64,000 bases of DNA. Origin: Candidatus Woesebacteria bacterium (GTDB taxonomy: Bacteria; Patescibacteriota; Microgenomatia; UBA1400; UBA12028). Within the stretch, counting starts at the first letter, position 1, and each line of letters starts with the position of its first letter. The notes beneath the pieces were generated by a model. It saw only the letters and a program-made list of their open reading frames with translations, was not told where the DNA came from and searched no databases. A program made the translations under genes and the position numbers. Shown one piece after another: positions 1 to 9,816 of this stretch. The DNA lies in NCBI GenBank assembly GCA_040006915.1, contig JBDTWD010000005.1:23394-87393 (forward strand). Direction: 5' to 3'.

Positions 1-487
1 GTGTCGAAAGTGGAAGGGTAACATCCAAAGAGTCAAACAATTGCGAGAGTTGCGGGAGTAAGAAATAACTTACTCCTAAACCCACTATAGAGGCGGCTGT
101 CAGGACAATCGCAGGATACAGTAACACACCCTGGATTTTTTTTCGCGATTCATATTCTTTGCGTAGCTGTATGGCAAGATATCCGAGATTTGCATCCAGA
201 GTTCCCGATTCTTCACCAGTCTTAATTAGGCCGATATAGAGTGGATCAAAAACTTTTGGAAATTTGGCGATTGATTGACCGAGTGTATGCCCACCGGCTA
301 CCTCCAAGTACAGAGAAGAAAAAAGATCACGTAAGGCTTTGTTTTGGGTTTGATCACGTAATCCCGCCAACGCATCAGCTAAGGGAATCCCACTTTTGAT
401 CATGATGCTTAAATGTTTGGTAAACAGCAACTTATCTTTAAAGTCGATTCGATTGAAAATCGCAATATTTTGATTGAGTACACTCAT
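1..487 (-). CDS. pilC: Type IV pilus / T2SS inner-membrane platform protein PilC/GspF (N-terminal part; C-terminus lies beyond the window start)
   Basis: Minus-strand translation from the ATG at 487: MSVLNQNIAIFNRIDFKDKLLFTKHLSIMIKSGIPLADALAGLRDQTQNKALRDLFSSLYLEVAGGHTLGQSIAKFPKVFDPLYIGLIKTGEESGTLD, a typical GspF/PilC N-terminal domain. It sits immediately downstream of pilB. Not in the ORF track because no stop falls in the window. Confidence 0.75.
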   Translation of the reverse strand, partial: MSVLNQNIAIFNRIDFKDKLLFTKHLSIMIKSGIPLADALAGLRDQTQNKALRDLFSSLYLEVAGGHTLGQSIAKFPKVFDPLYIGLIKTGEESGTLDANLGYLAIQLRKEYESRKKIQGVLLYPAIVLTAASIVGLGVSYFLLPQLSQLFDSLDVTLPLST

Positions 488-499
488 ACGTAGCTTTTT

Positions 500-2236
500 T
501 CAGGTTTTTGTTGCCCGCAAGACTTCTTCTAAGGTAGTAATGCCACGTTGTACTTTATCGATCCCATCTTCAAACATCGTGGTCATCCCCTCTTGCGCGG
601 CTTTTTGGGCGATAACGTCGGCACTGACTTTCTGATTGATAAGAAGAGAAATAGCGGGACTAATAACGAGCACTTCAAATACACCAATCCGTCCAACGTA
701 CCCAGTTTGGTTACAAACAGAACACCCTTTCCCGTGATACAAGCGAATTTCTGCTTCCGATCCGAAATATTTTTCAATCAGAGCTATATCGACATGTGAG
801 CGTAATTCTTCTCTCGGCATAGCAAAAGAAACTTTACATTTTTCACAAATTTTTCGAACCAGTCTCTGACCGATAACCAAGTTCACCGTCGACGAAACCA
901 GAAAGGGCTCAATATGCATGTCAATCAGTCGAGGTAATGTTGTCGCCGCATTACTGGTATGCAACGTGGACAAAACTAAATGTCCGGTCATGGCTGAATT
1001 GATCGCAATATCAGCTGTTTCATTGTCTCGGATTTCACCCACAAAAATAATGTCAGGATCCTGGCGCAAGATAGAACGTAATCCATCGGCAAAAGTTAAA
1101 TTTGTTTTTGGATTCACTTGAATCTGACCGATTCCATCGATGTCGTACTCTACTGGATTCTCAATAGTGGAGATGTTGCGTTCTCGAACATTTAAAATCT
1201 TCAAAATCGCATAGATACTTGTAGTCTTGCCTGATCCAGTTGGTCCTGTTGATAAAATCATTCCAAACGAACGCGTATAGCTGTGCCGTACTTTCTCCAA
1301 GTCTCGCTCAGACATTCCCAGATCCAAAAGTGAAAATTGGCGACTCTTTGAAGAAAGGAGTCGCATAACAACATTCTCTCCTTTAATCACTGGAACAATC
1401 GAGACGCGAATATCAATATCATCTTCTTCCAAACGGACTTGCAACTTTCCATCTTGGGCACTGAAATGTTCATCTGTCTTTAGTTTTGCAAGAACCTTGA
1501 TTCGTGACACAATTTGCGCATGAAAAGTTTTGGGTACATGTAAGACATCATGCATCACTCCATCAATACGGAAACGTACGACTGTATCGAGTTCCTGCGG
1601 CTCGATGTGAATGTCTGAAGCTTTACTGGTATAGGCATACTCAATGAATAGATCCACCACTTTGGACGCTGGTACTTCTTTTTGCAGTGAGGTTTTTGAT
1701 AATCGTATTTGATCGCTCACGAGTTCACTAAAGGTTTTTTGTAAGCCTTTTTTATAGAGTGATAAGGTCTCCTCAATATCTTTTCTCGTTGCAAAGTAGA
1801 TCTGAACACTCTCGCCAGTTTTTTTAGCAATAAAAGTCACTGGGATTTGAATTTCTGGATTAGACAGCGCAATTTTTATCCCTCGTTCATCTCTCCCAAA
1901 AACCATCAAGCTATGACGCTTCGCCAAAGACTCAGGGATGATATGTAAAAACTCATCGGGGATAGAAATTTTTGATAAGACCACAAATGGAAGTTTCAGA
2001 TGGTCAGCAATGAGCTTGCCTAAATTTTCATCTGCAATCAAATCTTGCCTCAGCAATGTCTCATAAAGCGGTTGCTTGTTCGTCTTTGCAGCAGAATCTG
2101 CGTCTTGCAACTGTTTTTCCGATAGAGATCCGTTCTCTAAAAGGAGCCTATACAATGTTTGATCATCAACACCGTTGTATCGTTCAATTTTGCGTGGAAG
2201 TTCGTCTGTTGGAGTGGCCAGTGGCATACTATCCAC
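500..2236 (-). CDS. pilB: Type IV pilus assembly / type II secretion ATPase PilB/GspE
   Basis: 578 aa. Walker A GPTGSGKTT, GspE signature LRQDPDIIFVGEIRD, C-terminal CxxC...CxxC zinc motif, N-terminal GspE_N-like domain. Confidence 0.9.
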   Translation of the reverse strand: MDSMPLATPTDELPRKIERYNGVDDQTLYRLLLENGSLSEKQLQDADSAAKTNKQPLYETLLRQDLIADENLGKLIADHLKLPFVVLSKISIPDEFLHIIPESLAKRHSLMVFGRDERGIKIALSNPEIQIPVTFIAKKTGESVQIYFATRKDIEETLSLYKKGLQKTFSELVSDQIRLSKTSLQKEVPASKVVDLFIEYAYTSKASDIHIEPQELDTVVRFRIDGVMHDVLHVPKTFHAQIVSRIKVLAKLKTDEHFSAQDGKLQVRLEEDDIDIRVSIVPVIKGENVVMRLLSSKSRQFSLLDLGMSERDLEKVRHSYTRSFGMILSTGPTGSGKTTSIYAILKILNVRERNISTIENPVEYDIDGIGQIQVNPKTNLTFADGLRSILRQDPDIIFVGEIRDNETADIAINSAMTGHLVLSTLHTSNAATTLPRLIDMHIEPFLVSSTVNLVIGQRLVRKICEKCKVSFAMPREELRSHVDIALIEKYFGSEAEIRLYHGKGCSVCNQTGYVGRIGVFEVLVISPAISLLINQKVSADVIAQKAAQEGMTTMFEDGIDKVQRGITTLEEVLRATKT

Positions 2237-2253
2237 TGTAACACATTGGTAAC

Positions 2254-2622
2254 TTATCCGTGAAGTTTAGCTTTGATTTTTTCAACGATTTCATCCAAAG
2301 AAACATCGCTTTTAATGATAAAGTCAGTTGCACCCATTGCCAGAGCTTTCTCAATATCTTCTTTCTGTCCGAGATTAGAGGCAACGATGACAGGAATGCC
2401 ATTCAATTTCTGATCTACTTTCAACTTTGCTAAAACCGCAAAGCCATCCATGGCCGGCATAACCAGGTCAAGCAAGATTAAATCTGGAATTTGTGATTGC
2501 ATTACCAGGAGAGCTTCATTTCCATCAGACGCAATTAGCACTTCAAATCCAGCTTTTGTGAATTTTACTTTATAAGCATTTGATAAGAATTTGTCGTCTT
2601 CAACGACCAATATTTTAGGCAT
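2254..2622 (-). CDS. Single-domain response regulator (CheY-like receiver)
   Basis: 122 aa. Receiver fold with the conserved Asp pocket (VVEDD...LLDLVMP) and a Lys near the C-terminus. No output domain. Confidence 0.85.
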   Translation of the reverse strand: MPKILVVEDDKFLSNAYKVKFTKAGFEVLIASDGNEALLVMQSQIPDLILLDLVMPAMDGFAVLAKLKVDQKLNGIPVIVASNLGQKEDIEKALAMGATDFIIKSDVSLDEIVEKIKAKLHG

Positions 2623-3013
2623 GAGAGGTTTCTTCTATAAGTCCACTGATCATAGGAATAATTTCATCTAAACGATGTTCGGCTTTCAAAATGTATTTTT
2701 TAGCCCCTAACGTCAGCATATTTTTCACTTTGTCTGGACTGGCTGAGTTACTGACTACCATGACGGGTATATTCTCCCACTTCGAACTTTCCTTTATTTT
2801 TTGGAGGAACTCTAAACCGTTCATATCTTTTAAGTAGTAATCAAGCCAAATCGCATTGGGAATCTCATCAATATTCTCCAAGTAGTCCAAAGCCTGCTTT
2901 CCACTGGAACAAGAAAGGACATTAAAATTTGAAAGTTCTAATTTTTTGGTAATTGCATGAAGAAGAAGGTTCTCATCTTCAACAACCATGATCGTCGAAA
3001 TACTTTGCGACAT
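2615..3013 (-). CDS. Single-domain response regulator (receiver domain only)
   Basis: 132 aa. MVVEDENLL...WLDYYLKDMNGLEF receiver motifs. Overlaps the next receiver gene by 8 nt. Confidence 0.8.
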   Translation of the reverse strand: MSQSISTIMVVEDENLLLHAITKKLELSNFNVLSCSSGKQALDYLENIDEIPNAIWLDYYLKDMNGLEFLQKIKESSKWENIPVMVVSNSASPDKVKNMLTLGAKKYILKAEHRLDEIIPMISGLIEETSHA

Positions 3014-3038
3014 AGGCTCACTCTAACACAAGAGTTTA

Positions 3039-5306
3039 TCAAACATCAAGAGCAACCTCTCCTACTTTGGCTGGAGTTCCCGACACAGGTAAGCTAAACC
3101 AAAATGTGGTCCCGTGTTTTTCTTTTGGAACATCCACTTCGTCTTTTGTATGACTCTCGAACCAAATCTTTCCTTGCGATGATTCTACGATCGCTTTTAC
3201 TAAATACAGTCCTAAGCCAGTTCCTTCAGTTTCAATTTTTCTCACATTATCAGCACGGAAAAACCGTTGGAAAAGACGAGACTGCTGCGCTCTTGGTATA
3301 CCGTATCCGTTATCACTGACCTGCGAAATGATCTCTTCGCCTTTGCGGGAGATAAAGACAGTAATATCCCCATCTGCTGGTGTATATTTAATCGCGTTGG
3401 TTAACAAGTTCAGATATACCTGACCTATCAACTTCGGATCGATATTTACCAGTGGGAGATCTTCGTGCACGCTGATCACAAGGTTTTGCTTTTTTTCTTC
3501 CAGTTTTCCTTTCAAATCATTCACGATCTCTTTCACTAATTCTTTCAAATCCGTTGGCTTTGGATCAACGATAATTCTGCCTGATTCTATGCGCGAAATA
3601 TTTAAAAGTGAGTTAACTAATTGAATCATTCGTTCCGTTGATGCTGAAATATTTTTAACAAAATCATTTTGTTCGGTCTCAAGTTTTCCGGCATCTCCGG
3701 CCAGAAGCATTTCTGTAAACCATTTAATTGCTGACAATGGAGTACGCAATTGATGAGACGCAAGTGAAATGAATTCTGTCTTCATTCGATCAATTTCACG
3801 TTCTTTCGTCACATCATGGAAAATTGAAACGGCACCAATTATTTGACCTGCTTTGACGACCGGACTTGAAGTAATATGAATTACTTTTTTTACTCCTCCT
3901 GGACGAATCTCATAGGTTCCTTCGGCCTGTTTTCCGGTGCGCAGCACAATAGATCCAGATCTGTTTTCCGGCAAGATGACATTGCCGTCTATACCATAGT
4001 AGATGTAGGCATCAAACACTTTTTTCCCTACAACGTCCTGATCTTGCAGACCCAGAATTGCAATCAACGATTTGTTTACTTTCAAAATTTCATTTTCAGT
4101 ATTCACTGCCACCATCCCTTCTCCAATACTGGAGAGAATCGCTTCATCTTGGGCATTCGCGTCCAATAGCTCTGCTGTTTTCTCTTGTACTTTCTGTTCC
4201 AATTTCCCATTAAGGTCTTGGAGTGTATCTGCCATATAATCGAAGGCCATAGCCAGTCTTCCGATCTCGTCTCTAGAGGTAACCTTGGCTCGTCGGTTCA
4301 AATCACCTTGAGAAATCTGGATGGCAACGGCCGTAAGGTCATTGATCGGTTTGAGAAATTGAATGAAAAGAAATATAACTGTAGATCCAGAAAGTACCGT
4401 GACGGAAATAATCAATGCCGCAACCTTAAGCGCTGCTGCTACGGCTGGAGCGAAAGCCACCGAAGATGGTTGTTCAATTAACAACACCCACTTATTTCCT
4501 TCATAGGAGAGAAACCCTTTCTCAGTTACCGCAGAACTGAGAGTCTCTATGGTGCTATCAACACTGGTCGTTAGTTCAGAACTCTCTTTCCCTGCTAAAA
4601 CATTCTTCACATTCGAATGTTCTCGATTATTTACCACCAAGATCGCCTCTGGATCATCGTTATTAGCAATTTCTAACCCCTGATGATTATAGATATCTAC
4701 AATGGGACCATGAATGGTATTGAGCACTTCAGAAACTCTAGACCAGGAAAGGTCGGCAACAATCACTCCAATAATTGGTTTCTCTGGATCAAGAATACTT
4801 CGAACCGGGACAGCAAAGTGCATGGTCGGCGTATTTTTTGTGCCTTCTTTTGGTACCACGTCTGAATAATAGACAGAGCCGCTCAAAGCTACAGTAAAAG
4901 CGGCTGTATGTCCAACTTCATTCACAACTTGGGTTCCTATACGCTGAGGATCAGCTGAATACCGAATAACCCCATCAATTCCGATTAAATGAATGTCATC
5001 CCAAGGGCCACTCAGAGACCGCAATTCGCCCACTCGTTTCGAAAGGCTCGAAGAGCCTGAAGCCCCTGGAGTCGAAAGAAAAGTGGTGATCGTTTCATCA
5101 CCAGCCATTGATTGAATATCCAAATACCGTTCATACAGCACGCGATCAACTTTTTCCATAGTCTGACGAGCGAGCTGTTGCTGTTCAGTCTCAATGGACT
5201 GAACCAGGGAAGATTTTACGAGCGCATATGTCGCATATACGAGAAATGATCCTCCGACTAGAACTCCAATTAAAAGACCAAGAATGAATTTATAAATAAG
5301 TTTCAT
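3039..5306 (-). CDS. Sensor histidine kinase (TM – periplasmic Cache-like sensor – TM – HAMP – PAS – HisKA – HATPase)
   Basis: 755 aa. N-terminal TM helix, about 280-aa extracytoplasmic region, second TM. H-box ISLASHQLRTPLSAIKWFTEML. G-boxes DNGYGIP and GTGLGLYLVKAIV. Confidence 0.9.
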   Translation of the reverse strand: MKLIYKFILGLLIGVLVGGSFLVYATYALVKSSLVQSIETEQQQLARQTMEKVDRVLYERYLDIQSMAGDETITTFLSTPGASGSSSLSKRVGELRSLSGPWDDIHLIGIDGVIRYSADPQRIGTQVVNEVGHTAAFTVALSGSVYYSDVVPKEGTKNTPTMHFAVPVRSILDPEKPIIGVIVADLSWSRVSEVLNTIHGPIVDIYNHQGLEIANNDDPEAILVVNNREHSNVKNVLAGKESSELTTSVDSTIETLSSAVTEKGFLSYEGNKWVLLIEQPSSVAFAPAVAAALKVAALIISVTVLSGSTVIFLFIQFLKPINDLTAVAIQISQGDLNRRAKVTSRDEIGRLAMAFDYMADTLQDLNGKLEQKVQEKTAELLDANAQDEAILSSIGEGMVAVNTENEILKVNKSLIAILGLQDQDVVGKKVFDAYIYYGIDGNVILPENRSGSIVLRTGKQAEGTYEIRPGGVKKVIHITSSPVVKAGQIIGAVSIFHDVTKEREIDRMKTEFISLASHQLRTPLSAIKWFTEMLLAGDAGKLETEQNDFVKNISASTERMIQLVNSLLNISRIESGRIIVDPKPTDLKELVKEIVNDLKGKLEEKKQNLVISVHEDLPLVNIDPKLIGQVYLNLLTNAIKYTPADGDITVFISRKGEEIISQVSDNGYGIPRAQQSRLFQRFFRADNVRKIETEGTGLGLYLVKAIVESSQGKIWFESHTKDEVDVPKEKHGTTFWFSLPVSGTPAKVGEVALDV

Positions 5307-5312
5307 AGAGTT

Positions 5313-6632
5313 TTAGCTCTGTGCATTCAGAGGTAAGCTAAACCAAAAGGTAGACCCTTTCCCCTCTTCACTTTCAAATCCGACTTTCCCTCCACAAGCT
5401 TCCACGATCTCTTTGGTGAGATAGAGACCTAATCCTGTCCCTTCTGTATCTATGGAGATGATGTTTTCACCCCGGAAAAATCGAGTGAACACTCTGTGCT
5501 GCATATCCTTGGGGATTCCATACCCCGTATCTTTGAGGGTAGAAACGATATCTGTCGGCGTGGCGCTAATTTGTAAAGTGACATGTCCTCCCTGTGGGGT
5601 ATATTTTAAAGAGTTGCTTAAAAAGTTGACATATGCTTGTTGAATCAGTTTTCTGTCAGTCAAAATAGAGGGAAGGTTCTCGTCTTTGGTAAAGACAAAG
5701 TGAATAGATTTTGCCTGAAAACGCGCAGACATCTCTGCGATGACTTCATCTGCTAGGGTATTCAGATTTGTTGTTTCCGGATGGATTTTAAGTTCTCTGG
5801 CTCCAAGGCGTGAGATATTTAAGAGCGCATCTAAAATAACTCCCATACGATCATTTGACCCTCTCACTTGTGAAAGCATTTTCTGTTGTTTTGGCGAAAG
5901 ATTCTGTACATCCTCATCTTCTAGTAATTCCAAAAGCCAACGCATCTCTGTTAATGGGGTTCGTAACTGATGCGAAGCCAAAGTGATAAACTCCGTCTTC
6001 ATGTGTTCAACTTCTTTTTCCTTCGAAAGAACCGCAGTACTTTGTTCATTTATTGTTTCGTAAATATAAATAAGAACCGTCGATACAAATAAACTTACTG
6101 AGAGTTGACGCAGCACTATGTCTGGATACGGAGTCACGATCGAACCTAAAGATTGGAGTATCCAGGTGCTCAACAGAAGGAAAAAAACCATACTGATCCA
6201 GATAAATCCATCCGCAGCTCCTTCCAAGAAGAATGCTAAAACCGGAAAAGTAAAAAACCAAAAGACTCCAGTATTCGCAATTCCCCCCGTAAAGAGAAGG
6301 ACGGAAAGAACTACGATCATTAAGGTCAGAAGCACTGCAATCGCGGTGTGGAGATGCTTGGTCATGCGCAAAGCAACCACATTCACTAGTCCTAACATCG
6401 CAATGATCACCTCAATGGCTCCGGGTATAACAGCGGCTTCTCGGATATTAATAATCCCGAATAGCAGCAACATACTGCAACCTATGAGAGAGAAAATATT
6501 TAAGAAACGAATTCGACGAGTGCTCAACAGGTCTTCATTGTAGACACCGCCTAACACGTACGAATTCCATAGTGTAGAAAAAAAATGTGGTTTCACTGAT
6601 TCCAGAATAGACTGATTTGTAACCCCATGCAA
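5313..6632 (-). CDS. Membrane-embedded sensor histidine kinase (polytopic TM sensor + HisKA + HATPase)
   Basis: 439 aa. About 6 predicted TM helices in the first 190 aa. H-box ITLASHQLRTPLTEMRWLLELL. GTGLGLYLTKEIVEACGGKVGFESEEGKGSTFWFSLP. Confidence 0.9.
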   Translation of the reverse strand: MHGVTNQSILESVKPHFFSTLWNSYVLGGVYNEDLLSTRRIRFLNIFSLIGCSMLLLFGIINIREAAVIPGAIEVIIAMLGLVNVVALRMTKHLHTAIAVLLTLMIVVLSVLLFTGGIANTGVFWFFTFPVLAFFLEGAADGFIWISMVFFLLLSTWILQSLGSIVTPYPDIVLRQLSVSLFVSTVLIYIYETINEQSTAVLSKEKEVEHMKTEFITLASHQLRTPLTEMRWLLELLEDEDVQNLSPKQQKMLSQVRGSNDRMGVILDALLNISRLGARELKIHPETTNLNTLADEVIAEMSARFQAKSIHFVFTKDENLPSILTDRKLIQQAYVNFLSNSLKYTPQGGHVTLQISATPTDIVSTLKDTGYGIPKDMQHRVFTRFFRGENIISIDTEGTGLGLYLTKEIVEACGGKVGFESEEGKGSTFWFSLPLNAQS

Positions 6633-6667
6633 ACCTTAAATCTCACTTTCCGTCGTATACTATACCC

Positions 6668-7138
6668 ATGCTCACCCGATCCCAGCTTCCTTCTATCCCT
6701 TTTACACAGGGTGCGTATAAAAAGCTTCAACAAGAGCTAGACCGTTTGACCAAACTTCGCGCTGAGGTAGTTATCAGACTTACGACAGCCAGGGAAATGG
6801 GAGATCTCTCAGAAAATGGGGCATATAAATATGCAAAACAAGAGCTTGGTGATATAGGCAGACAATTACGCCAGGTAAATTATCAACTGAAGTTTGGCCA
6901 TGTTGTTACGAGAGCCTCATCAAATAGTATTGATTTTGGCAGTACGGTGACCATAAAAAATGAATCACGAGAACTAACGTTTATGCTGGTCTCTCAATTT
7001 GAATCAAATCCTGCAGAAAACAAGCTTTCTACCGATAGCCCCATAGGTAGTGCTGTTGTAGGAAAAAAAGTTGGCGATACTGTCACCATTACGCTTCCTG
7101 CTGGGGAAACCGAATATACCATCACAAAGGTTTTATAA
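6668..7138 (+). CDS. greA: Transcription elongation factor GreA
   Basis: 156 aa. N-terminal coiled coil with LSENGAYKYAKQELG, FKBP-like C-terminal domain. Length and motif layout match GreA/GreB. Confidence 0.85.
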   Translation: MLTRSQLPSIPFTQGAYKKLQQELDRLTKLRAEVVIRLTTAREMGDLSENGAYKYAKQELGDIGRQLRQVNYQLKFGHVVTRASSNSIDFGSTVTIKNESRELTFMLVSQFESNPAENKLSTDSPIGSAVVGKKVGDTVTITLPAGETEYTITKVL

Positions 7139-7196
7139 GGGAATTTTCTCGTATTCAGAATCATTGCCTAAATTTCAAAGACAGAGCAGATGATAC

Positions 7197-7820
7197 TCAA
7201 ATACTCATGATTTTGTACCAGTCATCCTGTACCCAGAGATACTGATCATCGTTGAGTAAAACAATTTTATATCCTTTTGTATAACAATCTTTCATCGTTA
7301 GTTCATATTCTTTTTTAAAATGATCACTTCCCCAATGCGGGAAAACGACAACATCTGTCATGCCTATGCCTTTTTCATTTTTTAGTTCAGGTGACAGTGC
7401 AGGATCATCTAAGCTCCACGATATTCTGACATCAGGACCGGCTACCAAAGAACCGGCACTCGAACCAATGTAGATCATCCCGTCCTCGACTCTTTGTTTG
7501 AGATATTCAGCACAATTGCTGCGCTGTATTTCTTGTAACAAAAAATAAGTATTCCCTCCAGACATTAAAACTGCATCAACTGGATCTAAAGCTGCTTTTA
7601 CTTCTTCAACGGTTTTATTCGTAACTGAAAAATCTCTCACATCAAATCCCACATCAACGAGCGCTTTACGGTCCGCATGAAGCCAACTTAAGCTCCCAGA
7701 CTCCACTTCTGCCGCTGTGGGTATAAACGCTAACTTCATACCTTTTTTAAAGGTAGGGATATGTTTAATCACATCATGCATCACATCGTAATTGCTGGAC
7801 GTTAAAAACAGATTCTTCAT
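7197..7820 (-). CDS. Peptidase E-like (S51 family, class I glutamine amidotransferase-like) protein
   Basis: SGGNTYFLL and GSSAGS nucleophile-elbow motifs. ATG at 7820 is preferred over the GTG at 7847, which would overlap the upstream VOC gene by 22 nt. Confidence 0.65.
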   Translation of the reverse strand: MKNLFLTSSNYDVMHDVIKHIPTFKKGMKLAFIPTAAEVESGSLSWLHADRKALVDVGFDVRDFSVTNKTVEEVKAALDPVDAVLMSGGNTYFLLQEIQRSNCAEYLKQRVEDGMIYIGSSAGSLVAGPDVRISWSLDDPALSPELKNEKGIGMTDVVVFPHWGSDHFKKEYELTMKDCYTKGYKIVLLNDDQYLWVQDDWYKIMSI

Positions 7821-7825
7821 AGAAG

Positions 7826-8212
7826 TTATTTCTTGATATCTTGCCACAGACCTATTTCATTCCCCTCACTGTCGGTTAAACGTGCGTTCCAACCCATATC
7901 ACCAACTTTGACTTTGGCTTCTGTGATTACGCCACCCATACTCTGAATTTTCGCAATCGTGGCATCTATATCTTCAACACTCATGGTGACGACGGTAGCT
8001 TTCATTTTTGGATCCTGAGTGAGCGCTCCATTAATTTGACCTGGAGTTTGCGGAGAGCGCGTCTCCGGATTGGTTACGCTGGTCGTCGCCATCACATACG
8101 GAACCGTACTGCCTGGATATCCTTCAAGTTTCCAATCAAAAACATCTTGGTAGAATTTTTTCGCTCGTTCAATATCTTGTACCGGGATTTCAAAGTGAAC
8201 TACGGGATTCAT
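7826..8212 (-). CDS. VOC (glyoxalase/bleomycin-resistance) family protein
   Basis: 128 aa. VHFEIPVQD...FYQDVFDW betaalphabetabetabeta module. Typical VOC fold. Confidence 0.65.
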   Translation of the reverse strand: MNPVVHFEIPVQDIERAKKFYQDVFDWKLEGYPGSTVPYVMATTSVTNPETRSPQTPGQINGALTQDPKMKATVVTMSVEDIDATIAKIQSMGGVITEAKVKVGDMGWNARLTDSEGNEIGLWQDIKK

Positions 8213-8221
8213 AATTTCTCC

Positions 8222-8665
8222 TTATTTCCAACGATTAGAACTCGTATATTGTATATCAATTTTTTCGATTTCATCTTTTTTTAGTGCGTCAATACACAAC
8301 GGAATCATCCACTGTAAATTGTGTTTTGTCTCTTCTGGTAGCGCATGAATCGGGAACCAGGCTACTTTCTCATCAGTCATTGTCTGGGCTGTATCAGCAT
8401 CGCCAAGATATACTGCAGTGAGAATGTCCATTTCCCATTCTTCTCCATGTACTTTGCCTATATCTCGCCAAGTTAGCGCACTAATTCGGAGTTGTGATTC
8501 TTCCTCAACTTCTCGGGCAATGCATTCTTGCGCATTCTCGCCTATCTCATATTTCCCACCCAAACCGTTCCATTTTCCTGCTTGGGACGCAGGATGTTCT
8601 TTATGAATGAGCAACACCCGTGAAAAATCAGTAGTAAAAACAAAACCAAGTGTCCAACGTTTCAT
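8222..8665 (-). CDS. NUDIX hydrolase
   Basis: NUDIX box GGKYEIGENAQECIAREVEEESQL (Gx5Ex7REUxEExGU). Confidence 0.8.
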   Translation of the reverse strand: MKRWTLGFVFTTDFSRVLLIHKEHPASQAGKWNGLGGKYEIGENAQECIAREVEEESQLRISALTWRDIGKVHGEEWEMDILTAVYLGDADTAQTMTDEKVAWFPIHALPEETKHNLQWMIPLCIDALKKDEIEKIDIQYTSSNRWK

Positions 8666-8724
8666 GTTTTTGATCTTACACTATTCTGAATTATTTTCAG
8701 TTGGTTTCCAAAGTTGAAAATATT

Positions 8725-8947
8725 TTAAACCACGCCCGAAGTATCTTTTCTCGATTCTACAGGTTTTTTAGGTTTCTTCCGAACTTTCCCTGAGACAACA
8801 CCACCAGCGTGTCCGGCTATTCTTGCCTCCTTTGACGAAAACTCATGCGCAGTTCCCTTTTTATGGGCAGCGATTCCCCCCATTTTGGCAATTTTCCGTC
8901 TCTTCTCCTCATTCATACTTCCAAACCCACGGGTACTTGAACTCATA
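8725..8947 (-). CDS. KGG-repeat general stress protein (YciG/Con-10-like)
   Basis: Repeated GGxxxHKKG / ARxAGHxGG motifs. ATG at 8947 is preceded by GGAGA. The ORF-track start at 8970 is less likely. Confidence 0.6.
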
Positions 8948-8974
8948 CTATCTCCAAAGTGTATTGACAAATAA

Positions 8975-8995
8975 AACTACCCTTTAAGGGTAGGA
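8975..8995 (-). terminator. Hairpin CTACCCTT-TAA-AAGGGTAG followed by a T-rich tract on the minus strand. Probable terminator of the gene ending at 9044.
   Basis: Perfect 7-bp inverted repeat at 8977-8993 with TTTTATTTG downstream on the minus strand. Confidence 0.4.
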
Positions 8996-9043
8996 AAAGT
9001 CCATAATAAATGATGGGCAGCAGGGTAAGAAGTATGCAAGAAC

Positions 9044-9796
9044 CTACGAAATTTTTTTCTTCCAGTCAACAGCCGTCAAAAGCGGAGCAAAAATATCTTC
9101 TTCCATAGAAATTGAAAGTTGTTGCAGTTCCTCCTTTGTCGGATTTCGATCTTGAAAATGCACAAACGGAACCTGTTCGATTGTGGCAAGAGGAGTACAC
9201 TCATCTCCTTCTCCCATACAGACAACGGCAGCCGCTGCCAAACCCTCGGCAATATTACTGTTGGTGACTTTCAGTTTTCGCCCAAAGATATCAGGCTTGC
9301 CAATATAGCTATTCAAGGCTTCAAATCCGCTATGGCCCAGAGAAATTCCCACTGTTCCCCAGCGTAACGGCGTGACATGACTATCAGTAATAAGTACTCC
9401 TACTTCTTTCAGAGAAAAACGCGTACAGAGGTAAGTACGAATTTCGTTGGCCGATTTTTGTACATCTTTTGGCCATAATACGTACTGACCATCTCCATTC
9501 GATAAATCGATTCCTGCCGAGGCAATCATCGTATTGTTTTTGATTGTCATGTGAAAACCATACGGATTTTTGTCTGCTACATAAAAATCAGCTTCGGACG
9601 CTACTAACTTATCCCTATCTGCATCTCCACTCACAACGTTTCCTTCACACAATGAAACAATCTTTGAAGTGATAACTAAAACTTCACGCTCATGAAAATC
9701 AGAGATATATGTATCTATCAACACAATAAGTGTTCGTTCGTTGGCGCGAATAGGAGTGGTTTTAATCGGTGTTACAATCATAGGTATATAGAGCAT
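9044..9796 (-). CDS. CofE-like protein (F420-0:gamma-glutamyl ligase family fold)
   Basis: 250 aa. ITSKIVS..EG and GIDxSN motifs reminiscent of CofE/FbiB-N. Start is uncertain (MLY... or MIVTPIK...). Confidence 0.4.
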   Translation of the reverse strand: MLYIPMIVTPIKTTPIRANERTLIVLIDTYISDFHEREVLVITSKIVSLCEGNVVSGDADRDKLVASEADFYVADKNPYGFHMTIKNNTMIASAGIDLSNGDGQYVLWPKDVQKSANEIRTYLCTRFSLKEVGVLITDSHVTPLRWGTVGISLGHSGFEALNSYIGKPDIFGRKLKVTNSNIAEGLAAAAVVCMGEGDECTPLATIEQVPFVHFQDRNPTKEELQQLSISMEEDIFAPLLTAVDWKKKIS

Positions 9797-9816
9797 TGTA
9801 TCAAAAGGAGTTTCTC

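Noticed and set aside
500-5194. Many short antisense or alternate-frame ORFs (e.g. 548-799, 583-777, 918-1121, 3104-3319, 3876-4169, 4185-4481, 4683-4865, 5012-5194) and analogous ones throughout the window
   Set aside because: Each lies wholly inside a longer ORF with strong family-level motifs on the opposite strand or in another frame. No independent support.
7821-7847. GTG start at 7847 for the peptidase E-like gene
   Set aside because: It would overlap the upstream VOC gene by 22 nt. An in-frame ATG at 7820 lies 5 nt past the VOC stop.
8961-8970. Possible sigma70 promoter (TTGTCA ... TATGAG) for the KGG gene
   Set aside because: The putative -10 would overlap the start codon itself and is a poor match. 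Not reported as a feature.
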